This document shows positions 8,188 through 17,852 of a stretch of 32,000 nt of DNA, in pieces. The position numbers and the translations under genes are program-made. How positions within the stretch are numbered: position 1 is the first letter of the stretch; the number at the start of each line of letters is the position of its first letter. This DNA comes from Phycisphaera mikurensis NBRC 102666 (GTDB taxonomy: Bacteria; Planctomycetota; Phycisphaerae; Phycisphaerales; Phycisphaeraceae). The stretch covers positions 1,020,001-1,052,000 of the forward strand of contig NC_017080.1 in the NCBI RefSeq assembly GCF_000284115.1, in the 5' to 3' direction. The notes below the pieces were generated by a model. That model searched no databases. It saw nothing but the letters and a program-made list of their open reading frames with translations, and was not told the DNA's origin.

Positions 8188-10956
8188 GTGAGTTTCGCGA
8201 AACGGCACGACGGGTGGCATCGGACGGCCCTGCTCGCGACGCTTCTCGCGCTGCTTTGCCCACTCTTGGCCGGTCCCGCCGCCGCCCGGGAGCCCGCGTC
8301 GCAGCCCCGCGTGACCTTCAAGGCGCAGGGGATGCCCGTCCCCCGCAGCGTCGATCCCGCTTCGCTGGCCACCCGCGAGCTCGTGCGGATCTTCCAGGAG
8401 CGGCACCCCGGCATCGGCATCGAGGCCTTCGGGATGCCGAAGCTGCACGGGGCCGCCATGGACTCCGGTCCGCTGATGGCGATTGCCGCCGGCGTGCCGC
8501 CGCACGCGATCTACGTCAACTTCCGCCAATCCTCGACCTACATCGCGCAGGGCTTTCTCGAGCCGCTGGAGCCGCTGATGGCCCGGCTGATGTCCGACGA
8601 TCCGGAGCTCACGCGGATCGGCGAGGACGGCCGCTTCGCGGCCGAGCCGTCCGCGGAGCAGGTCGCCGCGGCGCTGTCGGTACTCAAGAGCCGCGTGGCC
8701 GACGCGGTGTGGCCGGTCGTGTACCGCGAGGGCATCGGCGAGAACCAGCAGGACGCGCACGTGTGGTCGCTGCCGCTGTCGATCATGGTCAACGTGCTGA
8801 CCTACCGAAAGGACCTCTTCGCCGAGGCGGGGCTGGACCCCGAGCGGCCGCCGGAGGACTGGGACGAGCTGCTGGCCTACGCCCGGGCCATCACCCGGCC
8901 GTCGCGGAACCAGCACGGGATGATCATGTACGGCGGGCAGTACCTCTCCTACGGGGCCTACTCGCTTCTGGTGGGCAACGGCGGGCGGGCGATGCAGCGG
9001 GGGGAGGACGGCCGGTGGCGGGCGACCTTCGATTCCCCGGAGATCGCCGAGTCGGCCGCGTTCCTGTGGAGGCTCGCCCGCGAGCCCTTCATCGCCGAGA
9101 ACGACGGCGGCCGCGTCGCCGACGGCGCTCTCCGCGTCGCGCCGGGCACGGGCGACGAGGTGGAGCTGAAGTGGGACCGGGGCCAGGTGGGGATGATCTT
9201 CGCCACCCTCAGCGACGACCTCATCTCCGCCTCCAACCCGCAGCTGGTCGGCTTCGCCCCGGTCCCCCGCAGCCCCGACGGCACCCGCGGCTCGGACATC
9301 AACGCGCGGATGCTCGGCGTGTTCTCAGGCTCGACCGACGCGCAGAAGCTCGCGGTGATGCGCTTCATCTGGTTCCTCGTTTCCGAGGAGGCCGAGCGCA
9401 TCCGCACCGAGATCTACGTCGAGAACGGCTTCGGCACCTTCGTCAACCCGATCTGGCTCGAGCGCTACGGCTTCGACGACGTGCTGGCGCAGGTGCCAGC
9501 CTCCGTCCGCGAGCTGTACGCCACCGCCTTCGAGACCGGCGTGCCCGAGCCCTACGGCCAGAACACGCAGAACATCTACCGCTTCATGTCCGAGCCGCTC
9601 ACGCAGGCCCTTGAGATGGACCTGCGGGAGCTGACGCCCGAGCAGCGCGAGGCACGCATCCAGCCGCTGCTGGACGAGGCCGTCGCCGAGACCAACGCCA
9701 AGCTGCTCGGGCGCATGACCTCCGAGGAGCGGACCCAGCGGCAGCGCGTCGGCTGGATCGCGCTGATCGTGCTGGTGGTGGCGCTGGGCGTGGCGGTGGT
9801 CACCACCTGGCGGTACTTCACCCGCTTCGCGCCGGTGGGCTCGGCCAGCGTCGGCGGCGCGCGGTGGCTGCCCTGGCTGATGCTGCTCCCGGCGGTGGGG
9901 ATCATGGCGTTCTGGATCTACGTCCCGCTGGGCTGGGCCTTCGGCCTGTCGTTCACCGACTACCGCCTGGCGATCCCCTCGCGCTTCGTCGGCGTGATGA
10001 ACTTCGCCGAGGCTCTGTACGACCCGCAGTTCTGGGCGTCGCTGGGCCGGACGCTCTACTACGTCGCGCTCCTGCTGGGGCTGGGCTTCTGGCCGCCGAT
10101 TGCGCTGGCGGTGCTGCTCGACGAGGTGCCGACCAAGACGGCCAAGTGGGTCTTCCGCGTGCTGGTCTACCTGCCGGCGATCATCAGCGGGGTCGTGGTG
10201 ATGTTCCTCTGGAAGCAGCTCTACGGCGAGACCGAGTTCGGCGTGCTCAACCAGCTGCTGCTCAAGCTCAACGCGCTCGGGCCCGTGCTCGCGACGCTGG
10301 TGAAGGTCGCGGTGTACGGCCTCTGGGGCTTCCTGCTGTGGACGGTCCTCCGCGTCGCGGCGCAGTCCGGGCAGTTCGGAATCGTCGGGCGGCTGGTGTC
10401 GGTCGGCCTTGCCGTGCTGCTCTCGCTGGCGACCGTCTGGACCGTGCTCAGCCCGGGCTTCCTCGACGCCTGGGGCGGGCCGGTCGGCGCCTTCGCCTTC
10501 GAGCCGCTGCGGTGGATCGGCTCGCCGGAGACCGCCATGTTCTGCACCGTGCTGCCGATCGTGTGGGCCTCGGCGGGCCCGGGCTGCCTGCTCTACCTCG
10601 CCGCGCTCAAGACGATCCCCGGCAGCCTCTACGAGGCCGCGGAGATCGACGGCGCCAGCCCGATGCACAAGCTGCTGCACATCACGCTCCCGCAGCTGAA
10701 GTACCTGATCGGCATCCAGTTCATCGCGGCGCTCGTGCTCGCCTTCCAGGGCGGGGCGGACTACATCCTCGCGCTCACCGGCGGCGGCCCCAACGGCGCC
10801 ACCAACATCCTGGCGCTGGAGATCTTCATGCGGACCTTCTCGGATCTGCGCTTCGGCCTGGGCACGGCGATGGCGTGGCTGCTGGGCCTGATGCTCATCG
10901 GCGTCACCGCGTACCAGCTGCGGCAGCTCGCCCGCGCCCAGTTCAGAGCCGCCTGA
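8188..10956 (+). CDS. Fused ABC sugar transporter: extracellular solute-binding protein + MalF-type permease
   Basis: Signal-like N-terminus; SBP-like VTFKAQGMPVPRSVDPASLATRELVRIFQERHPGIGIEAFGMPKL... and WSLPLSIMVNVLTYRKDLFAEAGLDPERPPEDWDELLAYARAITRP; C-terminal permease with EAAEIDGASPMHKLLHITLPQLKYLIGIQ (EAA motif). Confidence 0.9.
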   Translation: MSFAKRHDGWHRTALLATLLALLCPLLAGPAAAREPASQPRVTFKAQGMPVPRSVDPASLATRELVRIFQERHPGIGIEAFGMPKLHGAAMDSGPLMAIAAGVPPHAIYVNFRQSSTYIAQGFLEPLEPLMARLMSDDPELTRIGEDGRFAAEPSAEQVAAALSVLKSRVADAVWPVVYREGIGENQQDAHVWSLPLSIMVNVLTYRKDLFAEAGLDPERPPEDWDELLAYARAITRPSRNQHGMIMYGGQYLSYGAYSLLVGNGGRAMQRGEDGRWRATFDSPEIAESAAFLWRLAREPFIAENDGGRVADGALRVAPGTGDEVELKWDRGQVGMIFATLSDDLISASNPQLVGFAPVPRSPDGTRGSDINARMLGVFSGSTDAQKLAVMRFIWFLVSEEAERIRTEIYVENGFGTFVNPIWLERYGFDDVLAQVPASVRELYATAFETGVPEPYGQNTQNIYRFMSEPLTQALEMDLRELTPEQREARIQPLLDEAVAETNAKLLGRMTSEERTQRQRVGWIALIVLVVALGVAVVTTWRYFTRFAPVGSASVGGARWLPWLMLLPAVGIMAFWIYVPLGWAFGLSFTDYRLAIPSRFVGVMNFAEALYDPQFWASLGRTLYYVALLLGLGFWPPIALAVLLDEVPTKTAKWVFRVLVYLPAIISGVVVMFLWKQLYGETEFGVLNQLLLKLNALGPVLATLVKVAVYGLWGFLLWTVLRVAAQSGQFGIVGRLVSVGLAVLLSLATVWTVLSPGFLDAWGGPVGAFAFEPLRWIGSPETAMFCTVLPIVWASAGPGCLLYLAALKTIPGSLYEAAEIDGASPMHKLLHITLPQLKYLIGIQFIAALVLAFQGGADYILALTGGGPNGATNILALEIFMRTFSDLRFGLGTAMAWLLGLMLIGVTAYQLRQLARAQFRAA

Positions 10957-10979
10957 GCCGGCCGCTCCCTCATCACCCC

Positions 10980-12767
10980 ATGCCGCTGATCAGCCCCATC
11001 GAAGCCAGGACCTTCAAGGGCCGCGCGCTGCACGCCGGCATCGTCGCGGTGCTTCTGCTGATCACCGCCTCGACGGTCTACCCCTTCCTGGTGATGCTCT
11101 CCGGCTCGGTGCGCAGCGAGTTCGACGCGGTCGACCTGGACCTCGTGCCCTCGTACCTCGTCGACCAGGACACGCTGCACCGCAAGTTCCTCGCCACCAA
11201 GTACGACCTCGACCCCCAGCTCGCCAACACCGCGCTCCTGCGGCAGGGCTTCTCCTTCACGAAGTTCCCGCTGCCCGAGGGCTCCGCCTCGCCGGAGGCC
11301 GCCGAGGCGCTCGCCGCGTTCCTCACCGCGCCGGATTTTCCCCGCCACTGGGCGACGCTGGGCAACGCCTACTCCGTCCGCGATGCGCCCGAGAACCTGC
11401 GGCGGCTGCAGGAGAAGCTCTTCGCCCGCTACGACGGCGACCTCGCGCGGCTCTCCGCCGAGTCGGGCACGCTCATCGAGGACTGGGCGCTGGTCCGCCT
11501 GCCGCAGCCGCGTTGGCTCAACCCCGGCTACCTCCTCCCCGACGGCCCGCTGGAGGAGACGTACTTCGAGCTGCTCCAGCAGCGCCCCGCCGCCGAGCGG
11601 GTGCCGGTCTCGGTCACCGGCTTCTTCCTTCAGACGGTGATCTTCCCGAAGTTCGGCCAGAACGACACGGCCGCCTACAACGCCGCGCACGCGGAGCCGC
11701 TGGCCGGGTACCACGACTTCCGCCTGCCCGAGCGCGTGCCCGGGCCCGACCAACCGGAGCTGCGGGCGGAGTGGCTCTCGTTCGCGCGCGGTCTGCTCAA
11801 TCCCTCCTTCGTCGTGGTGGACGGCCTCGACGACGCCGCCTGGGCCGCACACCTGCGCGAGCAGGGGGCGGCCGAGGCCGTGGTGGCGGCCTCGTCGGCG
11901 CCCGCCGGCCGCTGGCTCGCCGGCCGCGAGCGCGAGGCGTACGAGGCGTATCTGCGCGGCGTCGACCCCGAACGGCTCCGCCTGGTCGGCCCCGAGTTCG
12001 CCTGGGCCGCCGAGCACCCCGACCTCCCGCGGATGCAGGTTGCGCTCGCCGGGCTGGAGCAACGCTTCGTCGCCGAGAACGCGGGGTCGATCCGCTGGGA
12101 CTTCCTCACCCGCAACTACGTCAACGTGTGGAACGAGCTGACGGTGCAGGGCCGCGTGCTCTTCAACACCGCCGTCTTCTGCCTCGCCGCGATCCTGCTC
12201 GCGCTGCTGGTGAACCCGCTCGCCGCGTACGCGCTGTCCCGCTACCGCCTGCCCTCGACGTACAAGATCCTGCTGTTCCTCATCGCGACCATGGCCTTCC
12301 CGCCCATGGTCACGATGATCCCGCAGTTCGTGATGCTGCGGAACCTGGGGCTGCTGAACACCTTTCTCGCGCTGGTGCTGCCGCTGATCGTCAACGGCTA
12401 CATGATCTTCCTGTTGAAGGGCTTCTTCGACGCTCTCCCGCAGGAGCTCTACGAGGCCGCGACGATCGACGGCGCCGGCGAGCTGCGGATGTTCTTCCAG
12501 ATCACGATGGCGCTCAGCAAGCCCATCCTCGCGATCCTGGCCCTGGGCACCTTCACCGGCGCGTACACGATGTTCCTCTACCCGCTGCTGGTCGCCCCCG
12601 ACCAGGACATGTGGCTGATGTCGGTGTGGCTCTTCCAGTTCCAGCAGCGGAGCACGAGCGCCGCGGTCTTCGCCAGCGTCGTCATCGCCAGCGTCCCCAC
12701 GCTGATCGTCTTCCTCTTCACGCAGCGCATGATCATGCGCGGCATCGCGGTGCCGCAGGAGAAGTGA
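10980..12767 (+). CDS. ABC sugar transporter permease, MalG-type, with a large extracytoplasmic insertion
   Basis: First TM segment at the N-terminus, then about 330 aa without obvious TM segments, then LFNTAVFCLAAILLALLVNPLAAYALSRYRLPSTYKILLFLIATMAFPPMVTMIPQF and EAATIDGAGELRMFFQITMALSKPILAILALGTF. Confidence 0.9.
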   Translation: MPLISPIEARTFKGRALHAGIVAVLLLITASTVYPFLVMLSGSVRSEFDAVDLDLVPSYLVDQDTLHRKFLATKYDLDPQLANTALLRQGFSFTKFPLPEGSASPEAAEALAAFLTAPDFPRHWATLGNAYSVRDAPENLRRLQEKLFARYDGDLARLSAESGTLIEDWALVRLPQPRWLNPGYLLPDGPLEETYFELLQQRPAAERVPVSVTGFFLQTVIFPKFGQNDTAAYNAAHAEPLAGYHDFRLPERVPGPDQPELRAEWLSFARGLLNPSFVVVDGLDDAAWAAHLREQGAAEAVVAASSAPAGRWLAGREREAYEAYLRGVDPERLRLVGPEFAWAAEHPDLPRMQVALAGLEQRFVAENAGSIRWDFLTRNYVNVWNELTVQGRVLFNTAVFCLAAILLALLVNPLAAYALSRYRLPSTYKILLFLIATMAFPPMVTMIPQFVMLRNLGLLNTFLALVLPLIVNGYMIFLLKGFFDALPQELYEAATIDGAGELRMFFQITMALSKPILAILALGTFTGAYTMFLYPLLVAPDQDMWLMSVWLFQFQQRSTSAAVFASVVIASVPTLIVFLFTQRMIMRGIAVPQEK

Positions 12768-12932
12768 GGCGAGCCGCGGTCGGTCCGATCTGCCGCCCGC
12801 TCCTGCGCCCATGGGGTGCATCGCCGTCTCTCTCGTGCCGGCCGTGGCTCCCGGCCGACCGCCCACCCAGCCGCGGGAGCTGGCCCCGGACGGCTCCAAT
12901 TTTCCGCGAAAAGATATGGTAAGTTCTCCATT

Positions 12933-15900
12933 ATGAAACCCGCCTTCCCCGTTGCCGTGTTCTCGGGTCTGCTCGCCGCCTCGCTCGCTGCGGCTCCTGC
13001 GTCCGCCGCTGAGGTCCGGGTGGAGGGAGGTGCGGCCCGCGACGTGACCCGCGGCGGCGAGGCGTTGGCGTTCGTGGTGGACGGCGACGCGCTGAGCGAG
13101 TCGGTAACGATCGAGGTGGATGCCGAGACGATCGGCGACAGGGGTCGGTACTGGGCAAACCTCTCCGACCAGCCGCCACGGGTGCTCGAGGCGGACGGCG
13201 GCGTGTTGCGGTGGACGCTGCCCTGGGCGGCGAACACGGGCGTGCGGGTGGAGCCGGCGGCGGAGGCGGCGATGGCGGAGGGCTTCGACGGCGGCGAGAG
13301 CTGGCTGCCGGAGGGCTGGAAGAGCGACTTTGAGACGCGCGGCGCCCGGGCCGTCCGCGGGGGCGAGACGGCCTACGCCGCGCGGCCGGGCCTGCCGCTC
13401 GGCGACGGCGAGGCGATGTCGGTGAACCTGGCGGAGGGCGTGGGTCGCGGCGGTTCGGGCGCGGTCCGCGTCCACAAGCCGACGGCCGGCGGCGAGGCTT
13501 ACGCGTGGGGCGGTGCGGCGGAGGTGACGCCCGGCACGGAGTACCTCGCCGAGGCTTACTACCACGTGGAGCAGATGGCCTGGGGCGGCATGGGCTCGTT
13601 CTCAGTGGAGCTGGTCAACGCCGACGGCGACAGCCGCTACCTCAGCTACGAGCGGATGAACCCGCTGCAAGACAACCGGCCGGACCGGTGGCGGCGGGCC
13701 TTCCTGCGATTCACGCCGCGGGCCGGAGAGACGATGGCGCGTCTGTGGCTGGGGGTGACGGCGGCGCCGATCACGCTGCTCTTCGACGACGCGCGCATCA
13801 TCGAGGCGCCCACGGCCATCGAGCGGGCGGGGAACCCGCTGCCGGACGACGCGGGCCCCGCGAGGCTCAGCGCCGAGGAGGTCCACGCGATGCTCGCGGA
13901 CGAGACGCCCCGGCCGGCCGAAGTGCGGACGGTCCGCGGCCAGCCGACGCTTCACGTCGACGGCGAGCCGGTGGGCAACTTCAGCTTCAACCCGGGCTAC
14001 TACGACTGGGAGGCCGGCCAGCCGGCTTATCACGGCGTCGCCGGCGAGCAGGGCGTGCCGATCCACACGATCCCCATCGCCCTGGGCGATTCCCTCGGCG
14101 GCGGCGACGCGGTGGAGGACGCGGTCTGGCAGGGACCCGGCGACTTCGACTTCTCGATCATCGAGGAGCGGATCGTCGAGACGCTCCGCCGGGCGCCCGA
14201 CGCGCTGATCCGGCTGAACCTGAGCCCCGAGCCGTACTACGGCTTCCACCTCGACCACCCCGACGCGCTGTTCCGCACCGCCGGCGGGCAGGTGGTCACC
14301 GGCTACACCCACTCGGCCCCGCTGCGGGACCTCGCGGAGGTCGGCGACACCGAGTTCGTCTCGCCCAGCTACGCGAGCGCCACCTTCCGCGAGCTCTCCG
14401 GCGACGCCTTCGAGCGGGTCGGCCGCTGGCTCGCCGACCACGACCTCGGCAAGCGGGTGATCGGCATCCACTTGATCGGCGGCCACGACGGCCAGTGGCT
14501 GCCGCACGCGAACAAGCACGGCGAGCACGGCATGCGCGACTTCGGCGTCGAGCACGTCGAGGCGTTCCGGGCGTACCTCCGGGAGATCCACGGCGATGAC
14601 GCCGGCCTCCGGGAGGCCTGGGGCGATCCGGAGGTCACGCTCGCGAACGCGCTGCCCGCCGACGACGCCGGCTTCACCGCCGACCACGTGTTCTTCGACC
14701 CCGAAGTCGGGGAGGACCGGCGGCGGATGGACACGGTCCGCTTCATCCAGGTCGGCAAGGTGGAGACGATCGCGCACCTGCTCGAGGCCTTCGACCGGGG
14801 CCTCGGCCGGCCCGCCTTCCACAGCGTGTACTGGTCGGACGTGTACCACGGCCACGACCTGGACCACTGGGCGCTGACCGAGCTGCTGCGGGTCGACGCG
14901 CTCGACGCCGTCGCGAGCATCGCCGACTACTCGAACTGGCGGCGGCAGGGCCGGCCGGGCGCGATCAGCTCGGCCGCCGCGTCGATCCGGCTGCACGGCA
15001 AGGCCTTCATCGCCGAGGTCGACCACCGCACGCCGCACGCCTGGGGCAACGCCGACGCCAACGAAAACCAGGACTGGCTCGGCCAGATCGTCGACCCGCT
15101 GGACCCGATCCACGCCGCCCGGCGCGAGTGGGGGCAGGCGATGGCGCTCGGCGGCGGCGGCTGGCACTACGGCCTCGGCGGGCAGGGCTTCGCCTTCGAG
15201 CCCTATTGCGATGCCCTCGGCGAGGCGGCCGACGCCGCGCAGCGCCTCGCGGAGGACCCGCGGCTGGAAGCGGACCGCCCGCCGGTCGCGACCTTCGCCG
15301 ACGAGCGGGCGGTGATGGCGATGAGCCAGAGAAACATCGTCAACCTGATGACCGCCCAGCTCAGCGCCAACATGGCCCGCGACCCGCTCTCCACCAGCGG
15401 CCTGGGCTACGACCCCTACCTGCTCACCGACCTGGACCACCCCGACCGGCCGCGCTACCCCGTGACGCTTCTGCTCTCGGCGGTGACGATGACCCCCGAG
15501 CAGGTGTCCTGGGTGGAGGACAACCTCCAGCGAGACGGCCGCGTGATCGTCGTGTTCCACGCGGCCGGGCAGACGCACGCCGGCGGCGTCGCCGACACCG
15601 TCGACCGGCTGACCGGCATCGCGGTCGAGATGGACGAGAAACAGACGGTCTCGCAGCGATTGCGGGCCACCGGCGACGATCCGCTCAGCGAGCAGATCGA
15701 CTTCCACCGCCACGAGACCCCCGGGCCGCTGATCCGCGTGGTGGACGAGGAGGCGGTGCCGCTGGCCACGCACGCCGGCCGCGAAGACGTGGCCGCCGCA
15801 ATCAAGCGGCACGACGGCTGGACGGGCGTCTACGTCGCCGCGCCCGGGGCGCTCACGCCGCGGCTGCTGCGGAACCTCGCCGCCGAGGCCGGGGTGGAGC

Positions 15901-16112
15901 CGACCGGACCCGAGGGCGACATGACGATGGCCGGCAACGGCCTGATCGTCGTCCACGGCATGGATGCCGAGGCGGCGACGCCGCTGCGGTGGGACGGTCC
16001 GGCGGACCTGGTCGACCTCACGACGGGCGAGACGGTCGCCACCGGCACCGCGTCCGCCGAGGTGGACGTGCCCTTCGGCGAGACCAGGTGGTTCCGCCGC
16101 GAGCTGCGCTGA
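12933..16112 (+). CDS. Secreted GH42/beta-galactosidase-like glycoside hydrolase
   Basis: ATG at 12933, signal MKPAFPVAVFSGLLAASLAAAPASA; DFDFSIIEERIVETLRRAPDALIRLNLSPEPYYGFHLDHPD; RVIGIHLIGGHDGQW; HSVYWSDVYHGHDLDHWALTELLR; AFIAEVDHRTPHAWGNADANENQD (candidate catalytic Glu). Confidence 0.7.
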   Translation: MKPAFPVAVFSGLLAASLAAAPASAAEVRVEGGAARDVTRGGEALAFVVDGDALSESVTIEVDAETIGDRGRYWANLSDQPPRVLEADGGVLRWTLPWAANTGVRVEPAAEAAMAEGFDGGESWLPEGWKSDFETRGARAVRGGETAYAARPGLPLGDGEAMSVNLAEGVGRGGSGAVRVHKPTAGGEAYAWGGAAEVTPGTEYLAEAYYHVEQMAWGGMGSFSVELVNADGDSRYLSYERMNPLQDNRPDRWRRAFLRFTPRAGETMARLWLGVTAAPITLLFDDARIIEAPTAIERAGNPLPDDAGPARLSAEEVHAMLADETPRPAEVRTVRGQPTLHVDGEPVGNFSFNPGYYDWEAGQPAYHGVAGEQGVPIHTIPIALGDSLGGGDAVEDAVWQGPGDFDFSIIEERIVETLRRAPDALIRLNLSPEPYYGFHLDHPDALFRTAGGQVVTGYTHSAPLRDLAEVGDTEFVSPSYASATFRELSGDAFERVGRWLADHDLGKRVIGIHLIGGHDGQWLPHANKHGEHGMRDFGVEHVEAFRAYLREIHGDDAGLREAWGDPEVTLANALPADDAGFTADHVFFDPEVGEDRRRMDTVRFIQVGKVETIAHLLEAFDRGLGRPAFHSVYWSDVYHGHDLDHWALTELLRVDALDAVASIADYSNWRRQGRPGAISSAAASIRLHGKAFIAEVDHRTPHAWGNADANENQDWLGQIVDPLDPIHAARREWGQAMALGGGGWHYGLGGQGFAFEPYCDALGEAADAAQRLAEDPRLEADRPPVATFADERAVMAMSQRNIVNLMTAQLSANMARDPLSTSGLGYDPYLLTDLDHPDRPRYPVTLLLSAVTMTPEQVSWVEDNLQRDGRVIVVFHAAGQTHAGGVADTVDRLTGIAVEMDEKQTVSQRLRATGDDPLSEQIDFHRHETPGPLIRVVDEEAVPLATHAGREDVAAAIKRHDGWTGVYVAAPGALTPRLLRNLAAEAGVEPTGPEGDMTMAGNGLIVVHGMDAEAATPLRWDGPADLVDLTTGETVATGTASAEVDVPFGETRWFRRELR

Positions 16113-16170
16113 GCGGGCGGGCCGGGCGAGCCGGGAGGCCGGGCGGCTCCGCCCAGCGGGCCCGCGAGCG

Positions 16171-16216
16171 CCGCGGACCGGGGCCCGTTCCGGCTCCGCG
16201 GCCCCGCGGTCCGCGG
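16171..16216. repeat. 46-bp palindromic element (family 1), copy d
   Basis: ccgcggaccggggcccgttccggctccgcggccccgcggtccgcgg. Confidence 0.85.
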
Positions 16217-16472
16217 CGCCGCATCACCGGCTCCCCAAGCCGCTGCGTCGTCGTCGGGGACCTCCAGAGGCGAGGCGTCGGCAACGAGGGCCAGATCCCC
16301 CGCCGCGGCGAAGCCCGGCACCCGGAGGATCCACGCCGCGGTGGCCCCGCCCGCCCACGATTTCCCTAAGGTGGATCGCATCGTTCATCCTTCTGGAATA
16401 GCCGGCGGGATCTCGGACGGCTTCCTTCCCGCTCCGCCCGGCGCGCGGGCACCCGCACCGCCGGTTTCCCGC

Positions 16473-17447
16473 ATGCTCGACACGCTGCCCATCGGAGAAG
16501 CGGCGGCCCTGGGCGCGGCGGCGGCGTGGGCGGTCTCGAGCATCCTCTGGGTGCGGATCGGCCTGCACGTCCGGGCGACGGTGGTGAGCCTGGTGAAGGG
16601 CGTGCTGGCGCTGGGGATGCTCGCCGCGGCGGCGTGGGCGATGGCGGTGGACTTCGGCTCGCTCTCGCCGCTGGCGCTGGGCTTCTTCGCCCTCTCGGGG
16701 GTGCTGGGCATCGGCTTCGGCGACACGCTGTACCTCGACTCGCTCAACCGCCTGGGCCCGACCCGCTCGCTGCTGGTGGCGATGCTGGCCCCGCCGCTGA
16801 CGATCCTCGGCGGCTGGGCGGTGCTGCAAGAGCGGGTGCCCCCGCTGTCGCTCTTGGGCGTGGCGGTGACGGTGGCGGGCGTCGCCTGGGTGGTGACGCG
16901 GCGGGAGCGGCCCGCGCCAAGCCCGCGGGTGCAGGCCGAGGCCGCTGCCGAGGAGGCCGCCGCCGCGGCGGAGCCCGCCGGAGCCGACGCGGCCCGCCGG
17001 TCGCTGTGGCTGGGCCTGGCGACCGGGGGCCTGGGCGCCGCGATGCAGGCCGCCAGCCTGATCGTCAACCGCTACGGGTACGCCCAGGGCGAGGCGGACG
17101 CGACGCTCACGACGATCGTCCGCATCGCCGCCGGGGTGGCGGTGCTCGCGGCTGCGCTGCCGCTGCTGGGGCGGCCCGCGGGCGCGGTGCCGGTGTGGCG
17201 GCTGGGCGGCCGGCTCTGGGGGCTGTTCGTCGCTGCGACGCTGATTGGCACCGCCGGCGGCATGGTGCTGATGCAGGTGGCGGTCGACCGCGGCCACAGC
17301 TCCGGCGTCGTGCAGACGCTGCTCTCCACCAGCCCGCTGTTCGTGATGCCCATGGTCGCGCTCACCGGCGAGCGGCTGAGCCTCTCCGCGGTGGCCGGGG
17401 CGCTGGTGGCGACCGCCGGTCTCGGGCTGCTGTTCGCGGGGCTCTGA
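16473..17447 (+). CDS. EamA/DMT-superfamily membrane transporter
   Basis: Two repeated multi-TM halves: GEAAALGAAAAWAVSSILWV... GFGDTLYLDSLNRLGPTRSLLVAMLAPPLTILGGWAVLQERVPPLSLLGVAVTVAGVAWVV and LIGTAGGMVLMQVAV... STSPLFVMPMVALTGERLSLSAVAGALVATAGLGLLF. Confidence 0.85.
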   Translation: MLDTLPIGEAAALGAAAAWAVSSILWVRIGLHVRATVVSLVKGVLALGMLAAAAWAMAVDFGSLSPLALGFFALSGVLGIGFGDTLYLDSLNRLGPTRSLLVAMLAPPLTILGGWAVLQERVPPLSLLGVAVTVAGVAWVVTRRERPAPSPRVQAEAAAEEAAAAAEPAGADAARRSLWLGLATGGLGAAMQAASLIVNRYGYAQGEADATLTTIVRIAAGVAVLAAALPLLGRPAGAVPVWRLGGRLWGLFVAATLIGTAGGMVLMQVAVDRGHSSGVVQTLLSTSPLFVMPMVALTGERLSLSAVAGALVATAGLGLLFAGL

Positions 17448-17465
17448 CCTCCAGGTGCGACGGCC

Positions 17466-17790
17466 CCCGCCACCCCCCAAGGGGCGTGGCACCCGGGCAT
17501 CGGCCGATTCCGGAAGACGTGACAGGATCCGACGCTCCCGGCGCCGGGTGCCACGCCGCTTGCGGGGTGGTCGAGCGCCGATGGCGCCGACGGCGCCCGC
17601 CACCCCCCAAGGGGCGTGGCACCCGGGCATCGGCCGGTCTCCCGACGCCGGGTGCCACGCCGCTTGCGGGGTGGTCGAGCGCCGATGAAGCCGACGGCGC
17701 CCGCCACCCTCAAGGGGCGTGGCACCCGGGCATCGGCCGGTCTCGGGAGACGTGACAGAACCCGACGCTCCCGGCGCCGGGTGCCACGCC
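17466..17790. repeat. Array of short (76-bp) family-2 elements: full copies 17547-17622 and 17651-17726, right-half fragment ~17466-17493, left-half fragment ~17777-17790
   Basis: ggtgccacgccgcttgcggggtggtcgagcgccgat...ccgccacccccaaggggcgtggcacc repeated twice, half copies at each end. Confidence 0.9.
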
Positions 17791-17852
17791 TCCCGCATGA
17801 GATGGCGAGATGGACCGAATGAACCCCCGGCGAAGGCCCCGCCGCAACTGTC

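Noticed and set aside
10761-13565. 934-aa minus-strand ORF
   Set aside because: Antisense shadow of MalG-type permease and surrounding genes.
13602-15956. 784-aa minus-strand ORF
   Set aside because: Antisense shadow of the GH42-like gene with no plausible domain.
17466-17790. CRISPR-like appearance of regularly repeated units
   Set aside because: Units are inverted repeats with repeated linkers and irregular spacing (about 129 and 105 bp), without unique spacers and no cas genes nearby.
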